Below, piece after piece: positions 18,941 to 29,201 of a stretch of 64,000 nucleotides of DNA. Below the pieces are notes generated by a model. It saw nothing but the letters and a program-made list of their open reading frames with translations, was not told the origin of the DNA and searched no databases. Numbering within the stretch: the first letter of the stretch is position 1; every line of letters begins with the position of its first letter. The position numbers and the translations under genes are program-made. Origin of the DNA: an uncultured Chloroflexia bacterium (GTDB taxonomy: Bacteria; Chloroflexota; Limnocylindria; Limnocylindrales; CSP1-4); the NCBI GenBank assembly GCA_963749705.1, contig CAVVNQ010000008.1:224001-288000 (forward strand), in the 5' to 3' direction.

Positions 18941-20485
18941 GTGACCCAGACGAGAACCCCCGCAACCCCAGTCATCGATAACGAAGCAGAGCTCGCGGCA
19001 GCGGCCGTCGCGCTCGATCCCGAGCTGCTCGAGCTCGAGGCCGAGGTGCTCGACTCCGAGGTCGTGGCGACCAAGCCCGAAGCTGCGGCCACCAAGCCCG
19101 CCGCGGACGAGGAGGCCGAGCCCGAGCCGGTCGCGGCCGAGGTGCTCGACACCGACGACTCGGTGCGCCTGTACCTGCGCGAGATCGGTCGCGTGCCGCT
19201 GCTCACCGCGGAGGAGGAGGTCATCCTCGCCAAGGGCATGGAGCTCGGCGCGCAGATCGACGCGGAGCCATGGAAGGCGATCCTGGCCATCCACGAATGG
19301 ACGCTGCACGGGACCGAGCCGACGGGCCGCCGCAAGGACCGCCGGTACTTCCTGCCCTTCGAGGCCGAGGCGCACCGCATCGTGCAGGCTGCCCTCAGCT
19401 CGGACGACGCGATGGACCTGCTGGTCACGGCACCGTCCTTCGACCTGCCCGACGCGCTCAAGAAGGCCGAGACGGACTCCCTCAGGGAGCGCCTCGTGCG
19501 CGCCCAGGACCTCCGCTCGGTCTACAACGAGCGCCTCGACCCCGAGTCCTTCCTCGACCTCCTCAACTGGATCGAGGGTGAGCTCGGCCGTCCGAACGTC
19601 GAGCTCCGCGCGAGCGCGGCGCTGCATGCCGTGCGCAACTGGTCTCGCGACGAGGTCGCCTACCCGGCGATCCGCCGCTACCTCGAGGCGGGCCTCGACG
19701 AGGACACCGTCGCCGAGATGGTCCTGACCCTCAAGGCGCTCGCGAAGCAGTCGCGCGACCACCTGACGTCGGCCAACCTGCGGCTGGTCGTGTCGATCGC
19801 CCGCAAGTACATCAACCAGGCCGGCATGGGTCTCCTGGACCTCGTCCAGGAGGGCAACGCGGGCCTGATCCGCGCCGTCGACAAGTTCGAGTACGAGCGC
19901 GGGTTCAAGTTCTCGACGTACGCGACGTGGTGGATCCGCCAGGCCATCCAGCGCGGCCTCGCGGACCAGTCGCGGACGATCCGCATCCCGGTGCACATGG
20001 TCGAGACCATGGGCCGGGTCGCGCGGGTGGTGCGCGAGCTCTCGACCCAGCTGGGCCGCGAGCCCACCAACACCGAGATCGCGGCGGCGCTTCCCGACGA
20101 GACGCCGGCGATGACGCCGACCCGCGTCGAGGAGATCCGCAAGCTCGGGCGCGAGCCCGTGTCGCTCCAGTCGCCGGTCGGCGACGAGGGCGATGCCGAG
20201 CTGGGCGAGCTCATCCCCGACGAGGACGCCGTGTCCCCGCTCGATGTCGTGTCCGACCGGATGCGCCGCGAGCAGATCGAGCACGTGCTCAACAGCCTCG
20301 ACGGCCGCGAGCAGCGCGTCCTCCGCCTCCGCTTCGGCCTCGACGACGGGCACGCCCGGACGCTCGAGGAGGTCGGCCGCGAGTTCGGCCTGACCCGCGA
20401 ACGGATCCGCCAGATCGAGGTCCAGGCGCTGCGCAAGCTGCGCCACCCGTCCCGAAGCCGCAAGCTGCGCGAGTTCGCCGCGTAG
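18941..20485 (+). CDS. RpoD/SigA-family RNA polymerase sigma-70 factor
   Basis: [11 protein letters not shown] (1.2), [26 protein letters not shown] (2), [21 protein letters not shown] (4); long non-conserved insert; AGGAG RBS. Confidence 0.95.
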   Translation: MTQTRTPATPVIDNEAELAAAAVALDPELLELEAEVLDSEVVATKPEAAATKPAADEEAEPEPVAAEVLDTDDSVRLYLREIGRVPLLTAEEEVILAKGMELGAQIDAEPWKAILAIHEWTLHGTEPTGRRKDRRYFLPFEAEAHRIVQAALSSDDAMDLLVTAPSFDLPDALKKAETDSLRERLVRAQDLRSVYNERLDPESFLDLLNWIEGELGRPNVELRASAALHAVRNWSRDEVAYPAIRRYLEAGLDEDTVAEMVLTLKALAKQSRDHLTSANLRLVVSIARKYINQAGMGLLDLVQEGNAGLIRAVDKFEYERGFKFSTYATWWIRQAIQRGLADQSRTIRIPVHMVETMGRVARVVRELSTQLGREPTNTEIAAALPDETPAMTPTRVEEIRKLGREPVSLQSPVGDEGDAELGELIPDEDAVSPLDVVSDRMRREQIEHVLNSLDGREQRVLRLRFGLDDGHARTLEEVGREFGLTRERIRQIEVQALRKLRHPSRSRKLREFAA

Positions 20486-20647
20486 CGACTCCGCGTCGGC
20501 CAACCACATATGGCGTCACCCCGAACCCGCTGCGTCGCACGCCGACGTGGCGGGTTCGCGCGTTGAGGGTGCGGGTCCGCCGTTGGGCGGCGGGGCGTAT
20601 CCCGCAGGCACGCAGACCGGCCGGGTCCGATGCGCCTCCCGCAGAGG

Positions 20648-21244
20648 CTACTCGCGGGCGCGCACTCCGAGCTCCCGCCCGACCCGCATCCAGATCAGGA
20701 CACCTGCGACGAGGAGGGTTGCTCCGACGACGTACCCCGAGTAGTGGAATGACGCGGTCCGACCTGCGGCAACGGCGATGGCGAACGGCCCCAGCCCGGC
20801 GATCACCGCGACCGCGGCATAGATCCGGGTCCGGTGCATCCAGACATAGGGCAGGAAGTGCCCGCCGTTGGTGGCGGCAAACGTGGCCGGGACGAGCAGC
20901 GGTTCGAGGTTGTACACGATGATCGAGGCCGGCAGCGCGATGGCCTGGACCATCGCCACCTGGACCACGAGGGGCGTGAAGGGGTTCGTGCTCGTCAGTC
21001 GTCGATAACCGAGGGCGTTCTCGAGCAGGAGCGAGCCGGGGAATGCCACGACTCCCTGGAACAGGAACACGAGCGCCGCGCCGGTGACCGACAGCACCTG
21101 GCTGAGGATCGCGGCCGCGATCCAGGTCAGCCCGTGGACGATGAGGAAGGCAAAGCCACCGCGGTTCGAGAATCGGATCTCGTCGCGCGCCTCATCGAGG
21201 GTCCGCGGACTCCCGCTGGGCAGTCGGTTCGTCGCTGCGGTCAT
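20648..21244 (-). CDS. integral membrane protein (DUF7010-like)
   Basis: Six hydrophobic segments, GGHFLPYVW motif. Confidence 0.7.
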   Translation of the reverse strand: MTAATNRLPSGSPRTLDEARDEIRFSNRGGFAFLIVHGLTWIAAAILSQVLSVTGAALVFLFQGVVAFPGSLLLENALGYRRLTSTNPFTPLVVQVAMVQAIALPASIIVYNLEPLLVPATFAATNGGHFLPYVWMHRTRIYAAVAVIAGLGPFAIAVAAGRTASFHYSGYVVGATLLVAGVLIWMRVGRELGVRARE

Positions 21245-21427
21245 CGCATCCTCCCATCCTCGCGGGCTCCCCGGCGCGGCCCACGGCGGTTGCAGGGATG
21301 GTGTCCGGGGCGGCCCTGTCCTGCTGGGTCAGGACCAACGCGCAGCGGCCGACACGGCGAACGACCATGCGACGCCGGGCCATCCTACCAATCGGCCGCC
21401 AACGCGACCACGCGAACGCCGCGTGGT

Positions 21428-23515
21428 CTACCCGGACACGGCGTCCGCGCAGTCGTAGACCGAGCTCGCGGAGCCGTCGATCGTGACCGCGGTGCAAGCG
21501 GACGCGACCCAGCTCGAGATGGTCGACGATGAGGCACCGCCGGGCGCTCCCCCACCACCGCCGACGGCGACGAACCGAAGCTCGCCGTTGGCGATCAGGG
21601 ACTGGAGCTGCTCCAGCGTCGGGGCGTCGTCGGCGCCATTGAAGCCGCCCATCGCCATCACCGGCCTGCCGGTTTCGATCTCGACCTGACCGGCCCAGGT
21701 CCCGCCCGAGACCGCGACGATCCAGGTGGCGGACCCCTGATTGGCGACCAGGTAGTCGATGACGCCGCTGCTCAGCCCGACGACCGGTCCTGCGGCCGCA
21801 CCGCCCGTACCGCCCGCTCCGCCCGCTCCGAAGGCGATCCCACCCTGCGCATCCCGGACGGAACCCGGCGGCGTGCCCCGCGTTCCGTCGATTGCCGCCG
21901 GCGGCTGGCCGGGCGTCCCGTTCGCGAGCGGTCCGCCGAGGCCGGCCGGCGCTCCGGCGCCGCCGAGACCCCGATCGGTGCCGGCGGCCTGCGGTCCCGC
22001 CGAAGGATCGCCACCGGAATAGGCGGTGGCCATCGTGTCGACGGCGTAGGCGGCCGGCCCGGCGAGGAGGACCGCCACGCCCAGGACGGCTGCCGCCAGC
22101 TGGACGCGTGCGCGGCCGGATCGAGGCCGCAGTGCGAGCGCCGGCAGCACGATCGCCGCGACGGCAACCACCGCCAGCCCGAGCCCCGGTGCGAACGACG
22201 GGGTCCGGTCGAGCAGCATCCACGCGATGACGGCCGACCCGAGGATCGACAGGCCGAGCACGGCGCCGGCCCAGGCGAACCGCGCGCGAGCGCGCCACAG
22301 CTCGACCACGCCGCCGCCCACGAGGGCCCCGACCGCCGGCGCCATGACCACGACGTAGTAGCTGTGGATGATCCCGGACATGAAGCTGAACACGACGATG
22401 TGGACGAGCAGCCACAGGCCCCACATCAGCCACGCGGCGCGAGCCAGGTCGGTTCGCGGGCCGCGGATCCGCGCGATGAGCCCGCTCACCAGTCCCACCA
22501 GGGACAGCGGCAGGAGCCACGCGATCTGCCCGCCGAGCTCGGCGTTGAACAGCCGCAGGATGCCGGGCGTGCCCGAGAACCCGCCACCAGCCGCTCCGGC
22601 TCCACCACCCGGCGGACCGCCTCCCCCGGCGACGGCCGCGCCGCCACCACCCTGGCCGAAGATCCGGCCCAGGCCGTCGTAGCCGAGCACCAGGTCGAGC
22701 GCGGAGTTGTCGGTGCTGCCGCCGATGTAGGGCCGCGATGCCGCGGGGATCAGCTCGATCGCGGCCACCCACCAGGCGCTGCTCGCGATCACGGCCACGG
22801 CCGCGACGGTGAGGCCGGCGACCCGACGGCGGATCGATCCCGGAGCCGCGATCGCCCACGTGATCGCGAACGCCGGCAGGACGAGGTAGCCCTGGAGCAG
22901 CTTTGTCTCGAACGCGAGCCCGATCAGGACGCCGGCCAGCGCGACCCACCGCAGCCGGTCGGTCTCGAGCGCCCGGATGAACGCGTATGCGGCGCCCACG
23001 AACAGGAGCGTCAGCAGCGCGTCCGGGTTGTTGTAGCGGAAGATCAGGACCGCGGCCGGGGTGAGCGCCATCACCAGCCCCGCGATGATCGAGGCGGCCG
23101 CGCCGAACGTGCGGCGAACGGTGGCCATCAGCAGGGCCACGGTCGCGACGCCCATCAGCGCCTCGGGCAGCAGGATCGATGCCGGGCTCAGCCCGAACAG
23201 CCGCACGGACAAGCCCATGACCATCGTCGCCAGCGGCGGCTTGTCAAGGGTGATGAAGTTGGCGGGGTCGATGGAGCCGAAGAACCACGCCGACCAGCTC
23301 TGCGAGGCCGCCCACGCGGCCCCCGAGTAGTAGACGTTGGCGTAGCCGCTCACGGTCAGGTTGACGACGTACAGCAGCGTCGCGGCCAGCAGCACGCCGG
23401 CGGTCGCCGGGAGCACCCACGCGGCATCCCGGGAACGGCTGCGTGCGATGTCGCGAACGGTGGCCAGGCGGCCTGCCGGGCGGGGTTCGACCCTGGGCGG
23501 TGCGATCGAGGTCAT
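21428..23515 (-). CDS. glycosyltransferase family 39 (ArnT/PMT-like)
   Basis: GYANVYYS, FITLDKPP, FRYNNPDALL, MAMGGFNG. Confidence 0.9.
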   Translation of the reverse strand: MTSIAPPRVEPRPAGRLATVRDIARSRSRDAAWVLPATAGVLLAATLLYVVNLTVSGYANVYYSGAAWAASQSWSAWFFGSIDPANFITLDKPPLATMVMGLSVRLFGLSPASILLPEALMGVATVALLMATVRRTFGAAASIIAGLVMALTPAAVLIFRYNNPDALLTLLFVGAAYAFIRALETDRLRWVALAGVLIGLAFETKLLQGYLVLPAFAITWAIAAPGSIRRRVAGLTVAAVAVIASSAWWVAAIELIPAASRPYIGGSTDNSALDLVLGYDGLGRIFGQGGGGAAVAGGGGPPGGGAGAAGGGFSGTPGILRLFNAELGGQIAWLLPLSLVGLVSGLIARIRGPRTDLARAAWLMWGLWLLVHIVVFSFMSGIIHSYYVVVMAPAVGALVGGGVVELWRARARFAWAGAVLGLSILGSAVIAWMLLDRTPSFAPGLGLAVVAVAAIVLPALALRPRSGRARVQLAAAVLGVAVLLAGPAAYAVDTMATAYSGGDPSAGPQAAGTDRGLGGAGAPAGLGGPLANGTPGQPPAAIDGTRGTPPGSVRDAQGGIAFGAGGAGGTGGAAAGPVVGLSSGVIDYLVANQGSATWIVAVSGGTWAGQVEIETGRPVMAMGGFNGADDAPTLEQLQSLIANGELRFVAVGGGGGAPGGASSSTISSWVASACTAVTIDGSASSVYDCADAVSG

Positions 23516-23538
23516 GGCCGGCTCCGGGATGGCGGTCG

Positions 23539-23862
23539 TCAGGAGCCGCCGGTGGACACGTGCCCCGATCCGCGCGTACGGGTCGGCGCCTGGAAGCCGT
23601 TGTTGCCCTGGAACGGCTGGAACCCGTCGTTCTGCTGGTCGTCGAAGGGCACCACCTCCTGCCGGGGCGCGACGGTCGTGCCCCGGCCACTGGTGGAGCT
23701 CCCGGCCGGCTGCTGATCCGAGGCGCCGCGGTACCCGCCGGCGGCGGCGAAGCCGAACCCCACGGTGGCGGCGATCCCGGTGACGGCGATCCCGGTGGTG
23801 AGCGTCCGGAGTCGGGTCAGCGCGTCGTACCGACGGCGCGCGGAATGTCGAAAGGCGTCCAT
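23539..23862 (-). CDS. small membrane-anchored protein ending HVSTGGS
   Basis: Basic N-terminus, one TM, low-complexity linker; paralog-like to 29198..29503. Confidence 0.7.
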   Translation of the reverse strand: MDAFRHSARRRYDALTRLRTLTTGIAVTGIAATVGFGFAAAGGYRGASDQQPAGSSTSGRGTTVAPRQEVVPFDDQQNDGFQPFQGNNGFQAPTRTRGSGHVSTGGS

Positions 23863-23885
23863 GCCCCCAAGTCTCGGGCGTGGAT

Positions 23886-23903
23886 CCTTTCGGTCCGGTT
23901 ACG
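23886..23903 (-). promoter_or_regulatory. putative response-regulator box CGTAACCGGACCGAAAGG
   Basis: Identical 18-mer at 28109-28126; variants at 29526-29543 and 29942-29959. Confidence 0.6.
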
Positions 23904-23992
23904 GTCGTCGCCGGACGAGGCGCTCCCGCAGCCTGTCGGGACGGCGCAGGCGAAGGGTTGCACGGGATGCACGGGATGATCCCGCTTCGCCA

Positions 23993-25234
23993 TCAGCCGA
24001 ACGAGGCGCGGCTCCAGCTCACGGCGAACCGCGCGCCGCCGGTGGGTGACGACTCGACCGACCACCGACCGCCGGTCGCCCGCACGATCGCATCGCCGAT
24101 CGCCAGGCCCAGGCCCGCGCCGTCGGCACCCGTCGCGGTCGCCAGCGCACGATGGAACCGGTCGAACACCCGCTGGCGATCCTCGGGCGGGATGCCGGGC
24201 CCCGAATCATCGACCGTGAGCATCGCCCGCGCGCCATCGAGCGCGACCGTGACATCGACGCGACCGCCCTCCGGCGCGTACTTGCACGCATTGTCGAGGA
24301 GCACGCCGACGAGGCGGTCGATCAGGTCGGGCGCGGCCGCGATGACGGCGCCTGCCGGCGGCACGTGGACGCCCAGCTCGAGCCGGCGCGCCTCGGCCAC
24401 CGCGGCGAAGCGGTCCGTGGCCTGGGTTGCGATCACGCCCAGGTCGACGGGCTCCGAGGCCGGCGTCGCGTGCTCGGCATCGAACCTGGCCAGCCACAGC
24501 ATGTCCTCGAGCAGCCGGCGCATCCGCTTGGACTCGCGGTCCACGCGCGTGAACGCCGTCTGGTACCAGGCCGCGTCACGTGGCTGTGTCAGCGCGAGCG
24601 ACGTGTGCGCCTCGATCACCGACAGCGGCGTCCGGAGCTCGTGCGAGGCGTCGGCGGTGAACTCCAGCTGGCGCCGGCGGGCCGCCTCGATCGGCTCGGC
24701 GACGCGGCGCCCGATGAGCACCGCGCCCAGGAACACGGCGGCGAACAGCAGCGGCGCGATCAGCAGCTCGCCCAGGATGATCGTCCGCTGGGCATCGGAC
24801 ACGAGGTCCATCGCCTGCGCCACCACCACGTAGTCGTCGCCGATCGAGGCACCGGCGACGCGGACCTGGGTCCCGTCGATCGTCGCCGTGGTCGGGCCCA
24901 CGACCGCTCGGAGGTCCGTCGGGAGGTCGGGCGTCGAGGCGCTGGCGAGCACCGTCCCGTTCGATTCGACGGTCCAGACGAGCAGCGGCACCCCGAGCGG
25001 GCGCCCGGGGTCGCGGCCCGGATCGTACGGCGAGTCCGGCGGGCGGTTGGCGTCCGGAGGCAGGCGCCGGAAGGACTCCGTGAGCCGCTGGTCGATCTGG
25101 GATGTCAGGTCGCGCGTGGCGAACGCGACCACGCCGGCCGCGACGACCAGGTACGCGACGGCAACGATCGCGGTGGCGCTGAGCGCGACCCGGATCGACT
25201 GACGGCGGACTGCCGGCACGTGCGACATCGTCAT
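23993..25234 (-). CDS. sensor histidine kinase (OmpR-system type)
   Basis: FTADASHELRTPL, LLDNACKY, DSGPGI, GAGLGLAI. Confidence 0.93.
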   Translation of the reverse strand: MTMSHVPAVRRQSIRVALSATAIVAVAYLVVAAGVVAFATRDLTSQIDQRLTESFRRLPPDANRPPDSPYDPGRDPGRPLGVPLLVWTVESNGTVLASASTPDLPTDLRAVVGPTTATIDGTQVRVAGASIGDDYVVVAQAMDLVSDAQRTIILGELLIAPLLFAAVFLGAVLIGRRVAEPIEAARRRQLEFTADASHELRTPLSVIEAHTSLALTQPRDAAWYQTAFTRVDRESKRMRRLLEDMLWLARFDAEHATPASEPVDLGVIATQATDRFAAVAEARRLELGVHVPPAGAVIAAAPDLIDRLVGVLLDNACKYAPEGGRVDVTVALDGARAMLTVDDSGPGIPPEDRQRVFDRFHRALATATGADGAGLGLAIGDAIVRATGGRWSVESSPTGGARFAVSWSRASFG

Positions 25235-25899
25235 CCGGCGTCCAGCCGGTACCCCGCCCCGCGCACGGTCACGATTCGCAGCCCCGCGTCCGACAGCTTG
25301 GCGCGCAGCCGGCTCATCTGGACGTCGATCGCGTTGGACCCGAGCGGCTCGGTCTCGTCGGCCCAGGCGTGCTCGGCGATCGCCTTGCGATCGACGACGG
25401 CGGGCGCACGCCGCAGCAGGAGCTCGAGGATCCGGTATTCGGTGCTGGTCAGGGCTCGCTCCCGGCCATCCACGGTCACGACGCGGGTGACGGGATCGAG
25501 GCTCAGGCGGCCGGCCCCGAGGACGGGTGCATCGACCCCGCGCGGCCGTCGCTGGAGGGCGCGGACGCGCGCCAGCAGCTCCCCGAAGTCGAAGGGCTTG
25601 ACGAGGTAGTCGTCGGCGCCGGTGTCGAGGCCACGGATCCGGTCTGCCGGCGTGTCCCGGGCGGTGAGCATGATGATCGCGGTCGGGCGCTGCTTCCGCC
25701 GGGCCCAGGCAACGACATCGATGCCCTCGGCACCGGGCATCCGCCAGTCGACGACCGCGACGTCGTAGTCGTACCAGCCCAGGTAGTCGATCGCGTCATC
25801 GCCGCGTCCGACCGCGTCCACGTGGTATCCGGCGTCGGACAGGCCGAGCACGAGCACATCGCGCAGCCCCTCGTCGTCCTCCGCCACCAGCACGCGCAC
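25231..25899 (-). CDS. OmpR-family response regulator
   Basis: VLVAEDD, VVDWRMPG, GADDYLVKPF, TVRGAGY. Confidence 0.93.
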   Translation of the reverse strand: MRVLVAEDDEGLRDVLVLGLSDAGYHVDAVGRGDDAIDYLGWYDYDVAVVDWRMPGAEGIDVVAWARRKQRPTAIIMLTARDTPADRIRGLDTGADDYLVKPFDFGELLARVRALQRRPRGVDAPVLGAGRLSLDPVTRVVTVDGRERALTSTEYRILELLLRRAPAVVDRKAIAEHAWADETEPLGSNAIDVQMSRLRAKLSDAGLRIVTVRGAGYRLDAG

Positions 25900-25924
25900 C
25901 CGATCACCCTCCCAGCCTTCGTGC

Positions 25925-26194
25925 CTACCCGCCGCCTGCCGGGCCTCGGCCGGCGCGTGCAATGGTGGCACGGGCGGGGGCGACGAGACGGAGCGCCAGG
26001 ACGGGGCAGGTATCGACCGCCATCCGGGCATGCTCCATGAGGCTGGGTGGAACCGGGCCCGGACGCAGGATCGGATAGCCCCATTCGTCGAGCGCGATCA
26101 TCTCCGGGAGCAGCTCGGCACACGAGCCGTAGCCGTCGCACGCGATCCGGTCGACGGCGAGGGCGGGTTGGTCGGACGCGGCGAGCGTCGTCAC
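25925..26194 (-). CDS. ferredoxin
   Basis: CDGYGSC..CPVLAL. Confidence 0.85.
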   Translation of the reverse strand: MTTLAASDQPALAVDRIACDGYGSCAELLPEMIALDEWGYPILRPGPVPPSLMEHARMAVDTCPVLALRLVAPARATIARAGRGPAGGG

Positions 26195-27432
26195 GCCGCC
26201 CTCCACGCCTGTCGACCGGCCACGCAGCCACGGCCGCGCTGGTGCGACGTGAAGTCCGTCTCGAACACGCGCAGCGCGCTCCGGAGCAGCCCGACCGCAC
26301 CGTCCGGGTGACGGCACGCGCCTCGCCCGGCGAGGGTGTCGGTCCAGCCGGCAAGCCGGCGCAGGTCATCGCCGTGGGGGCGTCCGGTGGCCAGCCGCGC
26401 CGTCGCGTCGGCGATCGCCCGGAGGCCGAACACGCACGGTCCGCACTGGGCCGCGCTCTCGCCCGCCATGTAGTCGAGGATCCGGGCTGACGCGCGCACC
26501 CCGCAATCGTCGTCGCCGAGGAACCACACGATGCCGCAGCCGAACGAGGCGCCGGTCGCGCGAAGCTCCGGCGGGTCGAGCGGCATCTGCCACGCGTCGC
26601 TGCCCGCCACCCAGCCGCCGAAGTACCCGCCCTGCAGGACCGGACCGCCGGTCAGCTGAAAGCCGGCGCGTCGGGCGACCTCCGCGAGCGTGGTCCCGAT
26701 CTCGATCTCGGTGACGCCGGGCAGCGGTGCGCCGCCGATCGTCACCAGCGCCGTGCCCCGGGTCCGGCCGCGACCGGCCTCGCGATACCAGCCGTCGCCG
26801 AACCGGGCGATCAGCGCGGCGTGGGCCAGGCTCTCGACGTTCTGGACGAGCGTCGGCAGCCCGTCGATCCCGCGCTCGAACGGTCGCGGGGGCGTCGTGG
26901 TGGGTCGGGCGTCGCCCTCGTTGATGAAGTGGACGGCCGCCGACTCCTCGCCCGAGATGTAGGTCGGGGGCGCCGCGACGAGCTCGATCGGGAGGCGTGA
27001 GCGGATCCGCGAGACGTCCGCCATGCGCTCGTCGAGCGCGCGGCGCAGCGCCTTGCGCGCCGCGACGTGCTCCGACCCGACGTACAGCACGACCCGGTCG
27101 GCCCCGACGACGCGGGCCGCGAGCTCGGCGCCATCGAGCACGAGGTGCGGCCGGGTGCTCATCAGGAGACGATCCTTGGAGCTCAGCGGCTCACCCTCGG
27201 CGCCGTTGGCCAGGACGACCGCGCCGCCGGTGGCTCGATCGCGCACCGAGCCCCACTTGCGCGCCACCGGGAAGCCGGCACCGCCGCGACCGAGCAGGCC
27301 GGCCGCATCGAGCATGGCCACGGCATCGAGCCCGTCCTCGGGTCCCGGCAGGCGGCCGAGGCGCAGCGTGTGGTCCGCGAGCGACTCGGGACCGGCGGCC
27401 AGCGGCGGCCCGGCGAGCAGTCGGGCGGTCAT
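26191..27432 (-). CDS. NuoF-like FMN/Fe-S oxidoreductase
   Basis: GRGGAGFP, NGAEGEP, YISGEESA, ESAAQCGPCVFG, GACRHPDG. Confidence 0.88.
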   Translation of the reverse strand: MTARLLAGPPLAAGPESLADHTLRLGRLPGPEDGLDAVAMLDAAGLLGRGGAGFPVARKWGSVRDRATGGAVVLANGAEGEPLSSKDRLLMSTRPHLVLDGAELAARVVGADRVVLYVGSEHVAARKALRRALDERMADVSRIRSRLPIELVAAPPTYISGEESAAVHFINEGDARPTTTPPRPFERGIDGLPTLVQNVESLAHAALIARFGDGWYREAGRGRTRGTALVTIGGAPLPGVTEIEIGTTLAEVARRAGFQLTGGPVLQGGYFGGWVAGSDAWQMPLDPPELRATGASFGCGIVWFLGDDDCGVRASARILDYMAGESAAQCGPCVFGLRAIADATARLATGRPHGDDLRRLAGWTDTLAGRGACRHPDGAVGLLRSALRVFETDFTSHQRGRGCVAGRQAWRAA

Positions 27433-28022
27433 CGGGCGCTCCGGTTCGAGGTCGACTGCCACGACGAGCTCGCGACCACGTCGGCCAGGCGGGCGCGGGG
27501 CGGCTCGATGGCCACCCGCCAGGCGAGGCTGCCCGCGACCGCCGCGAGGCAGGCCAGGTCGATCGCCAGCATCCACGGCGCCGATGCGTCGCTGCCCGCG
27601 GTGAACCCGTGGAGCAGGGCGAGCGGCCACATCGCGTAGCTGGTCCAGTGGATCGCCCGCCACGTCCCCTGGCCGATGTGCTTGCGCAGCAGGCTGGTGA
27701 CGATCAGGGCGACGAACAGGTACATCGCGATGACCCCGAGGGCCACCGGGACCGGCCGGTACGTCGACGCGAGCGGGACCAGCGCCGCACCGATGCCGAG
27801 GCTCGTGAACGGGTCGAACACCGCCGTGAGGATGTGAACCGCGAGGAACACGATCGACAGCAGCGACACCCGCCGGTGCATCTCGTAGTTGAAGAACCGC
27901 GGCCAGCCGGCGGCCTGGAACCGGACGACGGTCACGAGGCCCAGGCAGGTCGCCGCCGTGAACATCAGCAGCGACACGGCGCCGGCGCCTCGCGTCGCGA
28001 ACCACAGGACCTGGTCGAACAT
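27429..28022 (-). CDS. ferric reductase-like (MsrQ-like) heme membrane protein
   Basis: LWFATRG, MHRRVS, AVHI, WRAIHW, LLHG heme His residues. Confidence 0.85.
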   Translation of the reverse strand: MFDQVLWFATRGAGAVSLLMFTAATCLGLVTVVRFQAAGWPRFFNYEMHRRVSLLSIVFLAVHILTAVFDPFTSLGIGAALVPLASTYRPVPVALGVIAMYLFVALIVTSLLRKHIGQGTWRAIHWTSYAMWPLALLHGFTAGSDASAPWMLAIDLACLAAVAGSLAWRVAIEPPRARLADVVASSSWQSTSNRSAR

Positions 28023-28108
28023 CTGGCTATCGCTCCGGGGAGGGGCGCGGGACCGGGGGGGTCGGTCCCGCGCCGGGAAAGATCACGCGAACAGTGTCCC
28101 GGCCGGCA

Positions 28109-28126
28109 CCTTTCGGTCCGGTTACG
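28109..28126 (-). promoter_or_regulatory. putative response-regulator box (identical copy)
   Basis: CCTTTCGGTCCGGTTACG, same as 23886-23903. Confidence 0.6.
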
Positions 28127-29201
28127 ACGCGGGCGAGCCCTCACGATCCGCCGAAATCGTCGTCGCCTCGCCGTCCGTGGCGGTTGGCGCCGGCACGCCA
28201 TCCAGATCCGGTGCCGGCCAGCCGCCGAGGCGGACCACCCGCCCATCGTTGCCGACCAGCCGTGCCGGGAGGCCGGCGGCGTCCAGCCATCCCGGCGCGT
28301 CATGGCCCAGCACGATCGCGGCGGTCGAAGCGCCATTGGCCAGCTCGCACGTCGTCGCGACCACGGTGGCGGTCCGCCACGGGGTGACCGCGGCGAGGCC
28401 CGTCCGTGGGTCGACGATGTGGTGGACGGTCACGCCATCTGCCGACGTCCAGTGCCGGACCGTCGTGCTCGAGGTGGCGATGGCGCCGCCCTGGATCGCG
28501 ACGACCTCACCGTCGCCGTCCGACGGGGCACGGCTGTCCTCGGCCACGAGGACCCGCCAGCCACTTTCGGGTGCCCTGCCCGCGGCCGTCATATCGCCGC
28601 CGAGGCTGACCAGGACGCCGGCATCGGGACCGACAACCTGCAGCGCGGCGTCTGCAGCCAGGTCGGCGGCCAGGCCCTTGCCCGTGGCACCGAGATCGAG
28701 CTCCACGCCGCCGGGCACGCGCAGCTCCCTGGACCGCCGATCGAACGAGATCGCGGACCAGCCCGGGACGGGCGCGACGCGCAGCTCGAGCGAGCGGCTG
28801 GAGCCGGCGAGCTGGTCGAAGTCGAGGTCGTAGCCGATGACCCGCATCGCCCGGCCGACCGTGGGGTCGACCGCGCCGTTCGAGCGGCGGGCGGCCTCGA
28901 TCGCGCCGGCCAGCGCGCGCGCCAGCAGCGGGCTCACCCGGATCGTGCGGCCGGCGGCGGCGTTTGCCGCCATCAGCTCACTGTCAGCGCGGAACCGGCT
29001 GTACGCGCGATCGACGTCGCCCAGCACCTGCTCGACCGCCACCTGCGCCGCGGCGAGGTCGCCGTCGAGCACCAGCAGGCGGACGCCCGTGCCCAGCGCC
29101 CGCCAGTCTGCCTGTTCGATCACGCCCGGGTCGCGTCGGTCGGCCGAATGGATCGTCGCGCCGCCGCTCACGAGGTGGCGCGTGGGCCCCGCCGCGCTCA
29201 T
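28122..29201 (-). CDS. apbE: FAD:protein FMN transferase
   Basis: WRALGT, SRFRADSEL, DPTVG, LDLGATGKG, SLGGD, ATSST, HHIVDPRTG. Confidence 0.9.
   Translation of the reverse strand: MSAAGPTRHLVSGGATIHSADRRDPGVIEQADWRALGTGVRLLVLDGDLAAAQVAVEQVLGDVDRAYSRFRADSELMAANAAAGRTIRVSPLLARALAGAIEAARRSNGAVDPTVGRAMRVIGYDLDFDQLAGSSRSLELRVAPVPGWSAISFDRRSRELRVPGGVELDLGATGKGLAADLAADAALQVVGPDAGVLVSLGGDMTAAGRAPESGWRVLVAEDSRAPSDGDGEVVAIQGGAIATSSTTVRHWTSADGVTVHHIVDPRTGLAAVTPWRTATVVATTCELANGASTAAIVLGHDAPGWLDAAGLPARLVGNDGRVVRLGGWPAPDLDGVPAPTATDGEATTISADREGSPAS

Noticed and set aside
20522-20559. Hairpin downstream of the sigma factor gene
   Set aside because: Probably an ordinary terminator-like stem; no U-tract, so not called.
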